A stretch of 49,671 nt of DNA from an uncultured Bacilli bacterium (GTDB lineage Bacteria > Bacillota_I > Bacilli_A > RF39 > UBA660), in the NCBI GenBank assembly GCA_944332465.1, contig CALVJZ010000001.1, forward strand, positions 1 through 49,671. The letters run 5' to 3'. The notes beneath the pieces are model-generated. The model searched no databases, was not told the DNA's origin, and saw nothing but the letters and a program-made list of their open reading frames with translations. Positions 28,272 through 37,344 of the stretch are shown here, piece after piece. How positions within the stretch are numbered: position 1 is the stretch's first letter; every line of letters starts with the position of its first letter. The translations under genes and the position numbers were made by a program.

Positions 28272-28493
28272 AAAAAAACGAGCCTCATCCAAAGGACGAA
28301 AACTCGTGGTACCACCTTATTTCATAGAATCAATATTCTATCTCAATGTCGTAACGTGACAAAACGGAATAACTTACTAAAATTCAGAAATCCTGCTCCA
28401 TTGCTACCTTCAAAATAGATTACTAGTTATTTGCACCATCCATAACCTCTCTAAAAGCATTTCTATTTTTACTCCTCAACTTCACTGCATCTA
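28272..28493 (-). promoter_or_regulatory. T-box riboswitch leader (valS)
   Basis: On the minus strand: an AGAGAG box (28447-28452), a distal GGTG, the T-box sequence AAGGTGGTACCACG (28305-28318), and a terminator/antiterminator ending in a 7-T run (28272-28278). The candidate specifier GUA (Val) is in ...UUGAAGGUAGCAA... at 28415-28417. Confidence 0.85.
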
Positions 28494-28499
28494 CTACAT

Positions 28500-28528
28500 A
28501 GTATATATCAATTGCTTTTATTTTACAA
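28500..28528 (-). promoter_or_regulatory. Sigma-A-type promoter of the valS T-box leader
   Basis: On the minus strand: TTGTAA (28523-28528), 17-nt spacer, TATACT (28500-28505). Confidence 0.6.
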
Positions 28529-28533
28529 GAATT

Positions 28534-29427
28534 TTATTTAGATCTAATATTTTCTCGATAAAATCTGAAAGCAGCTCTTTCTAAAATTTCATCTGGAACA
28601 CTTTCCAAAAATGAACTCGCATTTTCATTTTTATGATTGCTATATACTCTTTTAAAAGAATCTAAAAAATTTTCAGAAAATCCAAGAGTACTTAAATAAT
28701 CTAAATAGCCAAAATATTCTGGAACAGAAATCACATTCATATTCTCTTCCGCAATAGTACTTAATAACATCATATTATAACATAACAAATCAGTATCACG
28801 ATTAGGAAATGGTATTCCAAAGACATTAAACTCATATTTAGAAAAATCATCTAAATTAGGATTATCAATTAAATAATACGATGGTAAAGCCATATTATGA
28901 AATGTTGAACTATCTAAATCAACAACAGAAATATCACCATCACTATTTACAAGAAAATTATTCTCGTGCAAATCTCCAAAACAGAAAGGTAATCCTTCAT
29001 ACTCAAAAGAATGAGCTTTTTCCACAATATCACCCACACGTTTTAACAAACTTAACTTTACACTTTTTGAAACACCTGCACCCTTTAATACAGTACCAAG
29101 AGTAGTTGTGTTTTTTTGTTCCAAAAGTAAAAAGCCAATTAGACCACCGTCATCATATACCAAATATTCTGGAATAACAAACTCCTTTAAATCACCCTGC
29201 ATAGACAACTTATTTAGTGCAGTAATAGAAAAAATCTTATTTGAAAGTATTTCTGTTCCTAAATTGTATAATTTTTTAAATAAATAATCCTTTCTTTGGC
29301 GAGCCCCATCAACCATCGTAAAACGATATAATTCTGACTCACTATTAGTAACATCATCACTCACAGCAAACTTAGACAACTGACTAGTATCATTGCTAGA
29401 AAAAGTAATTTTTTTCATTTTATTCAA
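28534..29427 (-). CDS. Protein-kinase-like / phosphotransferase-fold protein (APH/CotS-like catalytic loop)
   Basis: FGDLHENNFLVNSDGDISVVDLDSS reproduces the H-x-D/N...N catalytic loop and the D-x-D metal loop of APH/choline-kinase/CotS-type enzymes. Confidence 0.6.
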   Translation of the reverse strand: MNKMKKITFSSNDTSQLSKFAVSDDVTNSESELYRFTMVDGARQRKDYLFKKLYNLGTEILSNKIFSITALNKLSMQGDLKEFVIPEYLVYDDGGLIGFLLLEQKNTTTLGTVLKGAGVSKSVKLSLLKRVGDIVEKAHSFEYEGLPFCFGDLHENNFLVNSDGDISVVDLDSSTFHNMALPSYYLIDNPNLDDFSKYEFNVFGIPFPNRDTDLLCYNMMLLSTIAEENMNVISVPEYFGYLDYLSTLGFSENFLDSFKRVYSNHKNENASSFLESVPDEILERAAFRFYRENIRSK

Positions 29428-29442
29428 ACCTTACTAAATATC

Positions 29443-30105
29443 TTATTTTATTTTTTCAACTTCAGGATATGTTTTTCCCTTTAAGTCAACAACTGCTTTT
29501 TTTATCTTTAAATTATGCGTAAGCTTACCAGAGTTAGGTTCAGATATTCCTTCTCTTGCAACAATATTATTAATATTTTTCTTTCCGTCAATCACTTTAC
29601 CAAAAGCCGCATATTGTCCATCAAGTGACTCCGCCTTATCCAATACAATGAAAAACTGACTTCCAGCAGAATCATTATCTTGACTTCTTGCCATTGAAAC
29701 AACCCATTTATTATGTTTTAAATTATTTTCAAAACCATTTTCACTAAATTCTCCCTTTATAGTATATCCAGGTCCACCTGTACCAGTACCATTAGGGTCT
29801 CCTCCTTGTAAAACAAAACCAGGAACTAATCTATGAAAAGTATTATCATCATAAAATCCAGATTTAACTAAAGAAATGAAATTGTTAACAGTATTAGGAG
29901 CAACTTTTGGAAATAACTCTATAACGATCGAACCATAATCTTCAATATACATTGCAACTACTGGGTTATCTGTTTTATATTTATTTAATTCAACTTCATG
30001 ACCCTTCTCATCATAAGAAATACCAAGTAAATTTTCTTCTACACCACATCCAGATAAAAATATAGATACACAAAAAATAATAGCAATACAAAATATTTTT
30101 TTCAT
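29443..30105 (-). CDS. Peptidyl-prolyl cis-trans isomerase (cyclophilin type), lipoprotein
   Basis: Lipobox IFLSGC after a signal peptide. Cyclophilin blocks FHRLVPGFVLQGGDP and SMARS...AGSQFFI. Start moved to MKKIF (SD GGAGG). Confidence 0.9.
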   Translation of the reverse strand: MKKIFCIAIIFCVSIFLSGCGVEENLLGISYDEKGHEVELNKYKTDNPVVAMYIEDYGSIVIELFPKVAPNTVNNFISLVKSGFYDDNTFHRLVPGFVLQGGDPNGTGTGGPGYTIKGEFSENGFENNLKHNKWVVSMARSQDNDSAGSQFFIVLDKAESLDGQYAAFGKVIDGKKNINNIVAREGISEPNSGKLTHNLKIKKAVVDLKGKTYPEVEKIK

Positions 30106-30106
30106 T

Positions 30107-31489
30107 TTATTTTTCCTCCAAAATATCTCTAGCGGCAACTAAACCAGTAGCTGCAGCAATAACAATATTTCCGGCTTTCCCAGCACCATCACCAATAAAA
30201 TAGATATCTTCATCTTTTAATTTGAAGTGATTATCTGTTTCTATTTCATTACTAAAGAATTTAATTTCTGGTCCATACAATAAAGTTTCATCATTGTTAA
30301 CACCGGGAATTATTCTATCCAAAGTTTCCAATCCCTCTAAAATATTTGTAATAATTCTATGTGGTAACACTAACGCTAAATCTCCGGCAACGCAATCTTT
30401 TAAAGTAGGCTCAATAAATCCTTGATTAATACGATGCCATGTAGACCTTCTTCCTCTCCTTAAATCTTTTAACGATTGTATAATTGGTTTAGAGTCACCA
30501 AGTACATTAGCAATTCTTGCAATAGATTCACCATAAAGTCTTGTATTAGTAACAGGTTCAGTCAAATGAACTCTACTTATAAAAGCAAAATTACTATTAT
30601 TAGACTTTATTTCTTTTAAAGAATGACCATTAACACAAATATATCCGTAATAGTTTTCTTTAGCAACAAATCCACCCGGATTAGTACAAAAAGTTCTAAT
30701 TTGATCTCCATAAGTTTTAGTTCTAATAAATATTGTCGGATCATAAATAACATCAGTTATATCTTTTAAAATTTCTTTTCTTACTTCTACTCTTACACCT
30801 ATTTCAATACTTTGAGACAAGTAAGGTATTTTATATTTATCAGCTAATTCTTGAATCCATTTAGCACCTGTCCTTCCTGGTGCGACAATAACTTTTTTAC
30901 CAAGAAGCTTTTTGTTTTTACCATACAAGACCTCATATCCGTTATCAACTTTTACAATATCATTTACATCAGTATTTTCAAACAAAGTTACACCATGTTT
31001 TTCTAAAAAAATTGAAAAGTCACTAATATATTCTGGTAAATGATCACTACCTAAATGTTTCTGTCTAATTAATAACAATCTTGCTCCTTGAACAGCCACA
31101 TCATGCTTAATCCTCAAAGCTTCATCCATATTAGACGGAAAAACCTCGCTATCCATACCAAATTCTGTAAAAATCTTTTCCGTATCATCTATAAGTCTTT
31201 CAGCTTCACTTTCACTCATGTATTTAAACAAATCACTTTTACCTAATTTAGGAATAAAATTTAATTTACCATCAGAAAAAGTTCCAGCACCACCATACCC
31301 TGATAAGATTCGACATGGATTACAGTTTAAACATTTTGTATTATTTTTGTTCATCGGACAAAAACGTGTGCTTACTTTAGGACCTTTATCCATCAATGCA
31401 ATCTTTAATTTTTTGTTTTTAGTAATTAATTCATAAGCTGCAAATAATCCCGCGGGACCTGCACCAACAATAATAACATCAAAATTCAT
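30107..31489 (-). CDS. FAD-dependent oxidoreductase (COG2509-like)
   Basis: N-terminal Rossmann motif DVIIVGAGPAGLFAA and a C-terminal GDGAG. Start moved to MNFDV (SD GGTGA). Confidence 0.8.
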   Translation of the reverse strand: MNFDVIIVGAGPAGLFAAYELITKNKKLKIALMDKGPKVSTRFCPMNKNNTKCLNCNPCRILSGYGGAGTFSDGKLNFIPKLGKSDLFKYMSESEAERLIDDTEKIFTEFGMDSEVFPSNMDEALRIKHDVAVQGARLLLIRQKHLGSDHLPEYISDFSIFLEKHGVTLFENTDVNDIVKVDNGYEVLYGKNKKLLGKKVIVAPGRTGAKWIQELADKYKIPYLSQSIEIGVRVEVRKEILKDITDVIYDPTIFIRTKTYGDQIRTFCTNPGGFVAKENYYGYICVNGHSLKEIKSNNSNFAFISRVHLTEPVTNTRLYGESIARIANVLGDSKPIIQSLKDLRRGRRSTWHRINQGFIEPTLKDCVAGDLALVLPHRIITNILEGLETLDRIIPGVNNDETLLYGPEIKFFSNEIETDNHFKLKDEDIYFIGDGAGKAGNIVIAAATGLVAARDILEEK

Positions 31490-31605
31490 ATATATCACCA
31501 CAACAATTATATCATAAAATTACATATGTTTGTAAATCTCAAAAAATTTGAAACAGATTTTTAGTAACCATATCAAAACTATGATACAATAATAATGGTG
31601 ATAAT

Positions 31606-32517
31606 ATGACGACCAGAACAGAAAGAAATGAAGAAAAACAAAAAGAATTAATACGTGAAGAAAATCGTGAATTAAGAAAAAAGATAGTTTTAACAGCAGC
31701 TAAAGTTATACTAATCATAATAGTAATAAGCCTAATCTTTTATTTTTATACTACATACATATCTTCAAAAATAATTACTGTCAAGGAAGAAAGAATTATT
31801 AATGAAAAAATACCAGAATCGTTTAATGGTTTGAAAATCATTCAAATATCAGATATTCATTATGGAACAACAATATTTAAAGATGATATTGCAAATTTAG
31901 TTAAATTAATTAATGAAAGAAATCCTGATTTAGTAATTTTTACTGGTGATTTAATAAACAAGGATTATAAATTACACGAAAAAGAAAAAGAATATTTGAT
32001 AAAGCAACTAAAAAACATTAAAAGTACACTTGGTAAATATGCCATATATGGCGAAGAAGATGAAAAATATTTTGATTCAATTATGACACAGAGCCAATTT
32101 ATTATATTAGATAATTCTTATGATTTAATATATAAAAACAGCAATACACCTATATTAATTGTAGGAATAAACACAAATAATACGGATTTAGAAAAAAGCT
32201 ATGCTTACTTTAAAGAACCAACACACAATTCTAACATTTATACAATATCTCTATTGCACAAACCAGATGAAATAGACTCACTTATCGAAAAACATAACTC
32301 TGATTTAATACTAGCGGGGCATTCACACAACGGTCAAATCAGAATCCCCAAAATTGGTGGAATTATAAAAAAAGACGGTGCAAAAAAATATATAAACGAA
32401 TATTATAAAATTAATAATAGTGAAATATATATTTCAAGTGGAATAGGAACCAATGAATTAGGATTTAGATTATTTTGTAGACCAAGTATAAACTTTTTCA
32501 GGATATCATCAAAATAA
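31606..32517 (+). CDS. Membrane-anchored metallophosphoesterase (YkuE/YkoQ-like)
   Basis: One TM, then DIHYG, GDLI, and GHSHNGQIR motifs. Confidence 0.8.
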   Translation: MTTRTERNEEKQKELIREENRELRKKIVLTAAKVILIIIVISLIFYFYTTYISSKIITVKEERIINEKIPESFNGLKIIQISDIHYGTTIFKDDIANLVKLINERNPDLVIFTGDLINKDYKLHEKEKEYLIKQLKNIKSTLGKYAIYGEEDEKYFDSIMTQSQFIILDNSYDLIYKNSNTPILIVGINTNNTDLEKSYAYFKEPTHNSNIYTISLLHKPDEIDSLIEKHNSDLILAGHSHNGQIRIPKIGGIIKKDGAKKYINEYYKINNSEIYISSGIGTNELGFRLFCRPSINFFRISSK

Positions 32518-33552
32518 ATTATGGATTAATTTTAAGAAAGAAAAATTTTCTTTCTTTTCTTTTTTCAAAAAAATAGGTAATGATCCTATTTTTTCATCCT
32601 TTAAAAATATTTCAATATTTCCTACCCTATTTTTGGAAAAATTTTCCAAATAAATAAAAGTTTTAATTTTATCAATTTCTCTTTCTGTCAAAGGATAAAA
32701 AAAAGATTTTTTTAAATAAACTGGTGAAGCAAATAACTTTTTATCAATATTAAAAGTTTTTTTATCAACAATTTTATATTTTTTATAATTACTAAAAAGT
32801 TCTTCATATAGCGATTCATGAGTGGTATAAATATCATTATCGTTTAAACTTACAATCGTAATACTCAAATTTCCTTTTTTTGCAGTGGAAACCAAAGATT
32901 TTCCAGCACTTGGAGTATAACCATTTTTTCCACCAGTGCAAAATTCATAATTAAATAACAATTTATTTCGGTTATACCATAAATATGTCTTGTTTTTAGT
33001 ACTACATTCATATTTCTCTGTAGAAACAATCTTTTTATAAATTTGATTGTTATTAGCATATGAAGATAACAAAGCCATATCATAGGCAGTGGAATAATTT
33101 TTTGTGTATTCATCTAAACCATGTGGATTACGAAAAACGGTGTTTTTCATCCCCAACTCTTTAGCTTTTTCATTCATCATAGCAACAAACTTTTTTTCGC
33201 TACCAGCTACATTTTTAGCCAACACCACAGCAGCATCATTACCACTTCGTAATAAAAGCCCATAAAGTAAATCTTTAACTCTAATTTTTTCGCCGACTTC
33301 TAAATAAATACTCGTACCATACATTTTCAAAATTTCATTACCAACTATAATCTTTTTATTAAGGTTAATGTTTTCTATTGTAACAATAGCAGTCATAATT
33401 TTTGTAGTAGAAGCGATAAGCTTTTTTTCATTACAATTATTTTGATATAAAACCCTACCACTATCCATATCTAATGCAACAACAGAAGTGGATGCAAATA
33501 CAGATAATGGAGAAAAAATTAAAAATATTAAAAAAATTATCGAAAACTTCAT
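32509..33552 (-). CDS. D-alanyl-D-alanine carboxypeptidase (PBP5/DacB-DacF class)
   Basis: Signal peptide, then SxxK (ASTTKIMT), SGN (RSGND), KxG-type (GGKNGYT), and a C-terminal beta-sandwich. Start moved to MKFSII (SD AGGTGA). Confidence 0.85.
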   Translation of the reverse strand: MKFSIIFLIFLIFSPLSVFASTSVVALDMDSGRVLYQNNCNEKKLIASTTKIMTAIVTIENINLNKKIIVGNEILKMYGTSIYLEVGEKIRVKDLLYGLLLRSGNDAAVVLAKNVAGSEKKFVAMMNEKAKELGMKNTVFRNPHGLDEYTKNYSTAYDMALLSSYANNNQIYKKIVSTEKYECSTKNKTYLWYNRNKLLFNYEFCTGGKNGYTPSAGKSLVSTAKKGNLSITIVSLNDNDIYTTHESLYEELFSNYKKYKIVDKKTFNIDKKLFASPVYLKKSFFYPLTEREIDKIKTFIYLENFSKNRVGNIEIFLKDEKIGSLPIFLKKEKKENFSFLKLIHNLF

Positions 33553-33622
33553 ACTTTCACCTAATAATATATATGAACAAAACAAAAATATATAATTTTT
33601 TTATAATGAAAGGAGTCAAAAA

Positions 33623-34378
33623 ATGGAAAATTTTGGAAATATAAATAAATGTATTAATGACTTAAAGCTTAAATTCAATACAATAAATGAAAGAGGCTGG
33701 ATAAAAGCATCATCCCACGGAAATGGCAATGTAGGAATTACTTTTGAAAATGAGTTAGGAAAAGAAAGAGAAAATTTACCAATAGCTGACTATAAAGGAA
33801 TAGAAATAAAAACCAACTTAGAAGAAAATGGAAGAAAATATATAACGCTATTTAGTTCAAATCCAGATGGTAAATATATTTTTCAAAACAAAGTATTGCT
33901 GGAAAAATATGGAAATTATGATAAAGAATTTATAGATAAAAAGAACCTCTTTGCAAGAGTTAATGCAAAAAATTACAAATATGTAAATGGATATTATATG
34001 AAACTAAATGTAAACTATAAGCAAGAAAGAATATATCTAGAGGTATATAGTAAAAATTTTGAATTAATTGAAAGAGATTGCTTTTGGGACTTTGATACAA
34101 TCGAAAAAAAGCTAGATACAAAAATAAAATATTTAGCATATATAACTGCAGAAAGAAAATATATTAATCATATAGTATATTTTAAATACACCAGTATTAA
34201 TTTTTATGAATTAAAAGATTATAAAACCTTTATAAAGCTTATAGAGTATGGAATAATAAAAATATGTTTTAAAATAGGAATATATAAAAAAGGCAAAAAA
34301 ATTGGCAATATCTATGACCATGGAACTGGCTTTGAAATAGAAAAAAAAGATATAAACAAAATATATGATAGTTATTAG
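33623..34378 (+). CDS. MvaI/BcnI-family (MutH-like) restriction endonuclease homolog, solitary
   Basis: GWIKASSHGNGNVGITFENELGKERENLPIADYKGIEIKT...ITLFSSNP...YDHGTGFEI follows the motif order I recall for BcnI (GW/GY...VGQILERQFG..EN...GDLGEFELK...LTLFHKKP...HDRGPHLRI). Confidence 0.55.
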   Translation: MENFGNINKCINDLKLKFNTINERGWIKASSHGNGNVGITFENELGKERENLPIADYKGIEIKTNLEENGRKYITLFSSNPDGKYIFQNKVLLEKYGNYDKEFIDKKNLFARVNAKNYKYVNGYYMKLNVNYKQERIYLEVYSKNFELIERDCFWDFDTIEKKLDTKIKYLAYITAERKYINHIVYFKYTSINFYELKDYKTFIKLIEYGIIKICFKIGIYKKGKKIGNIYDHGTGFEIEKKDINKIYDSY

Positions 34379-34408
34379 CAATTAATCATTTGGCTTGGTT
34401 TGGGACAC

Positions 34409-34440
34409 AAAAAAACATCGAATAAAATCCGATGTTTTAA
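34409..34440. terminator. Bidirectional intrinsic terminator (end of tRNA array on -, endonuclease gene on +)
   Basis: 9-bp stem AAAACATCG/CGATGTTTT, with a 7-nt A-run upstream (T-run on the minus strand) and TTTTAAAA downstream. Confidence 0.7.
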
Positions 34441-34447
34441 AATCTAA

Positions 34448-34524
34448 TGGTCGGGAAGACAGGATTTGAACCTGCAACCCCTTGGTCCCAAACCAAGTGC
34501 TCTACCAAGTTGAGCCACTTCCCG
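34448..34524 (-). tRNA. tRNA-Pro(TGG)
   Basis: Reverse complement CGGGAAGTGGCTCAACTTGGTAGAGC...; anticodon loop TTTGGGA; encoded CCA. Confidence 0.95.
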
Positions 34525-34527
34525 ATA

Positions 34528-34604
34528 TGGTGCGCTCGAAGGGATTCGAACCCCTGACCTTTTGGTTCGTAGCCAAACACTCTATCCAACTGAGCTACGA
34601 GCGC
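34528..34604 (-). tRNA. tRNA-Arg(ACG)
   Basis: Reverse complement GCGCTCGTAGCTCAGTTGGATAGAGT...; anticodon loop CTACGAA; encoded CCA. Confidence 0.95.
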
Positions 34605-34649
34605 ATGTCACGTAACCAAATTTATATAAATGTAAATTGATTAACAAAA

Positions 34650-34725
34650 TGGTGGCTCCAGCGGGAATCGAACCAGCGACACAGGGATTTTCAGTCCCTT
34701 GCTCTACCGACTGAGCTATGAAGCC
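34650..34725 (-). tRNA. tRNA-Phe(GAA)
   Basis: Reverse complement GGCTTCATAGCTCAGTCGGTAGAGC...; anticodon loop CTGAAAA; encoded CCA. Confidence 0.95.
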
Positions 34726-34728
34726 AAA

Positions 34729-34805
34729 TGGCGGTCTCAACGGGACTCGAACCCGCGATCTTCTGCGTGACAGGCAGACGTGTTAACCAGCTGCACCATG
34801 AGACC
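34729..34805 (-). tRNA. tRNA-Asp(GTC)
   Basis: Reverse complement GGTCTCATGGTGCAGCTGGTTAACAC...; anticodon loop CTGTCAC; encoded CCA. Confidence 0.95.
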
Positions 34806-34808
34806 AAT

Positions 34809-34885
34809 TGGTTGCGGGAGAAGGATTTGAACCTACGACCTCAGGGTTATGAGCCCTGCGAGCTACCGAACTGCTCCATCCCGCG
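34809..34885 (-). tRNA. Initiator tRNA-fMet(CAT)
   Basis: Anticodon loop CTCATAA. A C1:A72 mismatch at the top of the acceptor stem and three consecutive G:C pairs (GGG/CCC) closing the anticodon stem are initiator hallmarks. Confidence 0.9.
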
Positions 34886-34906
34886 ATATTATAACATTAA
34901 AATTAA

Positions 34907-34999
34907 TGGCGGAGGAAAAGGGATTCGAACCCCTGCGCCGCTCGCACGACCTCCCGGTTTTCAAGACCGGTCCCTTCAACCAGACTTGGGTATTCCTCC
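34907..34999 (-). tRNA. tRNA-Ser(TGA)
   Basis: Class-II tRNA with a long variable arm. Reverse complement GGAGGAATACCCAAGTCTGG...; anticodon loop CTTGAAA; encoded CCA. Confidence 0.95.
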
Positions 35000-35026
35000 A
35001 TAGACGTCATTTCAGACGACAAAATG

Positions 35027-35056
35027 ATTATAACACAACAAAATTAATAGTGTCAA
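35027..35056 (-). promoter_or_regulatory. Near-consensus sigma-A promoter for the distal six-tRNA unit (Ser...Pro)
   Basis: On the minus strand: TTGACA (35051-35056), 18-nt spacer, TGtTATAAT (-10 at 35027-35032). Confidence 0.65.
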
Positions 35057-35086
35057 CATTAAATTTAATATTATTATAAACATTTA

Positions 35087-35128
35087 TAAAAAAACTCATT
35101 AACTATAACTAGTAATGAGTAATTTTTT
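35087..35128. terminator. Intrinsic terminator splitting the tRNA array
   Basis: 8-bp stem ACTCATTA/TAATGAGT, with an A-run upstream (T-run on the minus strand) and a T-run downstream. Confidence 0.65.
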
Positions 35129-35130
35129 AA

Positions 35131-35219
35131 TGGTGCCTAAGGCCGGACTTGAACCGGCACGAGGGTTGAATCTCGCAGGATTTTAAGTCCTGTGCGTCTA
35201 CCAATTCCGCCACTCAGGC
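35131..35219 (-). tRNA. tRNA-Leu(TAA)
   Basis: Class-II tRNA. Reverse complement GCCTGAGTGGCGGAATTGGTAGACGC...; anticodon loop CTTAAAA; encoded CCA. Confidence 0.95.
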
Positions 35220-35221
35220 AA

Positions 35222-35297
35222 TGGTGATCTGTATGAGATTCGAACTCATGACCCTTTGATTAAAAGTCAAATGCTCTACCGACTGAGCTAACAGATC
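35222..35297 (-). tRNA. tRNA-Lys(TTT)
   Basis: Reverse complement GATCTGTTAGCTCAGTCGGTAGAGC...; anticodon loop CTTTTAA; encoded CCA. Confidence 0.95.
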
Positions 35298-35304
35298 ATT
35301 ATAA

Positions 35305-35379
35305 TGGCTGCCTCGGTTAGATTCGAACTAACGCATGTCAGAGTCAAAGTCTGATGCCTTACCACTTGGCTACGAGGCA
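35305..35379 (-). tRNA. tRNA-Gln(TTG)
   Basis: Reverse complement TGCCTCGTAGCCAAGTGGTAAGGC...; anticodon loop CTTTGAC; encoded CCA. Confidence 0.95.
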
Positions 35380-35386
35380 ACATCAG

Positions 35387-35470
35387 TGGTGGAGAGGAAT
35401 GGATTCGAACCATTGAACCCGAAGGAACAGATTTACAGTCTGTCGCGTTTAGCCACTTCGCTACCTCTCC
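35387..35470 (-). tRNA. tRNA-Tyr(GTA)
   Basis: Class-II tRNA. Reverse complement GGAGAGGTAGCGAAGTGGCTAAACGC...; anticodon loop CTGTAAA; encoded CCA. Confidence 0.95.
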
Positions 35471-35478
35471 AAAAAAAA

Positions 35479-35554
<76 letters not shown>

Positions 35555-35555
35555 A

Positions 35556-35632
35556 TGGTGGGCGATATAGGACTCGAACCTGTGACCCCCTGCTTGTAAG
35601 GCAGGTGCTCTAACCAACTGAGCTAATCGCCC
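35556..35632 (-). tRNA. tRNA-Val(TAC)
   Basis: Reverse complement GGGCGATTAGCTCAGTTGGTTAGAGC...; anticodon loop CTTACAA; encoded CCA. Confidence 0.95.
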
Positions 35633-35654
35633 AAAATGTCAGTTGACAGTACTA

Positions 35655-35683
35655 AATATACCAACATTTAAAAACTTTGTCAA
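35655..35683 (-). promoter_or_regulatory. Sigma-A promoter for the proximal six-tRNA unit (Val...Leu)
   Basis: On the minus strand: TTGACA (35678-35683), 17-nt spacer, TATATT (35655-35660), about 20 nt upstream of tRNA-Val. Confidence 0.65.
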
Positions 35684-35693
35684 TACAAACAAA

Positions 35694-36065
35694 CTAATTT
35701 TTTTGTTTTTTTTCCAATAATTCGTTTTTCTTGTCAAAAATCCATCCTGATAAAGCTTTTTCTAATCCAGAAAAACCAGAAGCAGTCTCCATAATTTTTT
35801 TCTTACTTTTTTTATTTAACTTATAGTCAATGTTTTTTATACTCAATTTAACATGACACGTTTCAACGTCACTATCATCTATAACTTCTGCACGTATTGT
35901 TTCACCTACATAAACATAGTCAGCTGGATTTTTTACAAAAAAACTAGATATTTCTGAAATATGTATTAATCCACTATAATAATCATCCAAACTAACAAAG
36001 ATACCGTACTTTTCGATTCCAGTTACACATCCAGTAACTATTTCTCCTTTTTTATATTGATTCAT
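35694..36065 (-). CDS. S1 RNA-binding domain protein (YugI/general-stress-protein-13-like)
   Basis: GEIVTGCVTGIEKYGIFVSL...GLIHISEIS...VGETIRAEVI is a canonical S1 fold. Start moved to the internal ATG (MNQYKKGE) because the upstream 19 codons look like non-coding read-in. Confidence 0.8.
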   Translation of the reverse strand: MNQYKKGEIVTGCVTGIEKYGIFVSLDDYYSGLIHISEISSFFVKNPADYVYVGETIRAEVIDDSDVETCHVKLSIKNIDYKLNKKSKKKIMETASGFSGLEKALSGWIFDKKNELLEKKQKN

Positions 36066-36156
36066 TATAACACATCCCAAAGACAGTATAACATTAAAAA
36101 CAATTTGAAACAAGAAAAACACTTTACTAAATTATTAAAAAAATTGTATAATAACC

Positions 36157-36396
36157 ATGGTGAATGAAATGAACAAAGAAGAACAAATAAAATTACTAAT
36201 TGAAAAAATAAGACCATTTTTAATAAATGACGGTGGTGATATAGAATTCATAAAATACGAAAATCAAATTGTCTATATAAAACTAAAAGGAGCATGTGAT
36301 GGATGTCCAATGATGGATATTACAATAAAAGATGGCATTGAACAAATTATAAAAAACGAAATTCCAGAAGTAAAAGAAGTTAAGAACGAATCATAA
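36157..36396 (+). CDS. NifU-like (Nfu-type) Fe-S cluster scaffold domain protein
   Basis: IRPFLINDGGDIEF...VYIKLKGACDGCPM motif. The true start is probably the ATG at 36169 (MNKEEQ), 5 nt after GGTGA. Confidence 0.8.
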   Translation: MVNEMNKEEQIKLLIEKIRPFLINDGGDIEFIKYENQIVYIKLKGACDGCPMMDITIKDGIEQIIKNEIPEVKEVKNES

Positions 36397-37281
36397 TGTT
36401 CTTTTTTTTATCCATAATATTTCAGGGATAGAAAAATAGTCATTAATTATTCTTGATATATTATTTAAAAACATTTCATAATTATCAAAAAAATCTTCAT
36501 TAAAAATTTCCAAATTTAAAATTTCGTTATCCAAGAAATCATCTATACAATCAAAGTAAAATGTAGGAAATATAATTCTAGCATATAACAAAACAGACTC
36601 CCAATAATTTAATTGATGTAATATTTCTCTAAAGTCAAATTCTATATTCTTTTTATAAACAAAAATCAATTTTAAAATTTCTGCTATATCACGGCTTCTG
36701 TAATCAACAATAAAATTAGATATAATAAATGAATTACATAAACTTATCTTTTTATGACACAAATAACGAGGAGCAGTACGTAACTGTTCAAAATCAACAT
36801 TATATTCAAAATAACAAATTGCATTTTCAGCTAAACCAAGAAAGTAAAAAAAAGTATCTTTAAAAAAATCAACATTAATTAATTTAGAATAATAAATCGA
36901 CTCATAATAATCTACTTTTCGCTTCCATAAAAAATTCCAAAAAGTACATGACAAATTATTAATTTTAATTGGATTTAAAATCTGCTTAATAATATTTTCA
37001 GCCAAATTTCTACCCATAAAACAAATTAAAATAAAATAACGATTTTCAAAAAATGAAACAACATTACCGTATACATTAGGAATAATAATATAAAAAGGAC
37101 ACTCTGCCAATCTATCAATGTATGGTAATAAAGAAAAAAATAAAGACAAATCATCCAAAATACATAATTGGAAAAATTTTCCATTTAATTCAAAATTATA
37201 ACTGTTACTAAATAAACTACCATTAACATCTTTAATATAATAAAATTTTAACAAAAGCCTACTAATAACATCATCATTCAT
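36391..37281 (-). CDS. CotS/YutH-like spore-coat kinase-fold protein, probably catalytically degenerate
   Basis: The size and the segment RYLCHKKISLCNSFIISNFIVDYRSRDIAEILK align with the lcHgD...N....iDf...D.r.yDla pattern of the CotS/YutH family, but HGD is HKK here. Confidence 0.4.
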   Translation of the reverse strand: MNDDVISRLLLKFYYIKDVNGSLFSNSYNFELNGKFFQLCILDDLSLFFSLLPYIDRLAECPFYIIIPNVYGNVVSFFENRYFILICFMGRNLAENIIKQILNPIKINNLSCTFWNFLWKRKVDYYESIYYSKLINVDFFKDTFFYFLGLAENAICYFEYNVDFEQLRTAPRYLCHKKISLCNSFIISNFIVDYRSRDIAEILKLIFVYKKNIEFDFREILHQLNYWESVLLYARIIFPTFYFDCIDDFLDNEILNLEIFNEDFFDNYEMFLNNISRIINDYFSIPEILWIKKRTL

Positions 37282-37344
37282 AATAAAGAATATGATTTCA
37301 ATTAAAAAAAAAGAATAGTTATTAAACTATTCCATAATGCAAAT

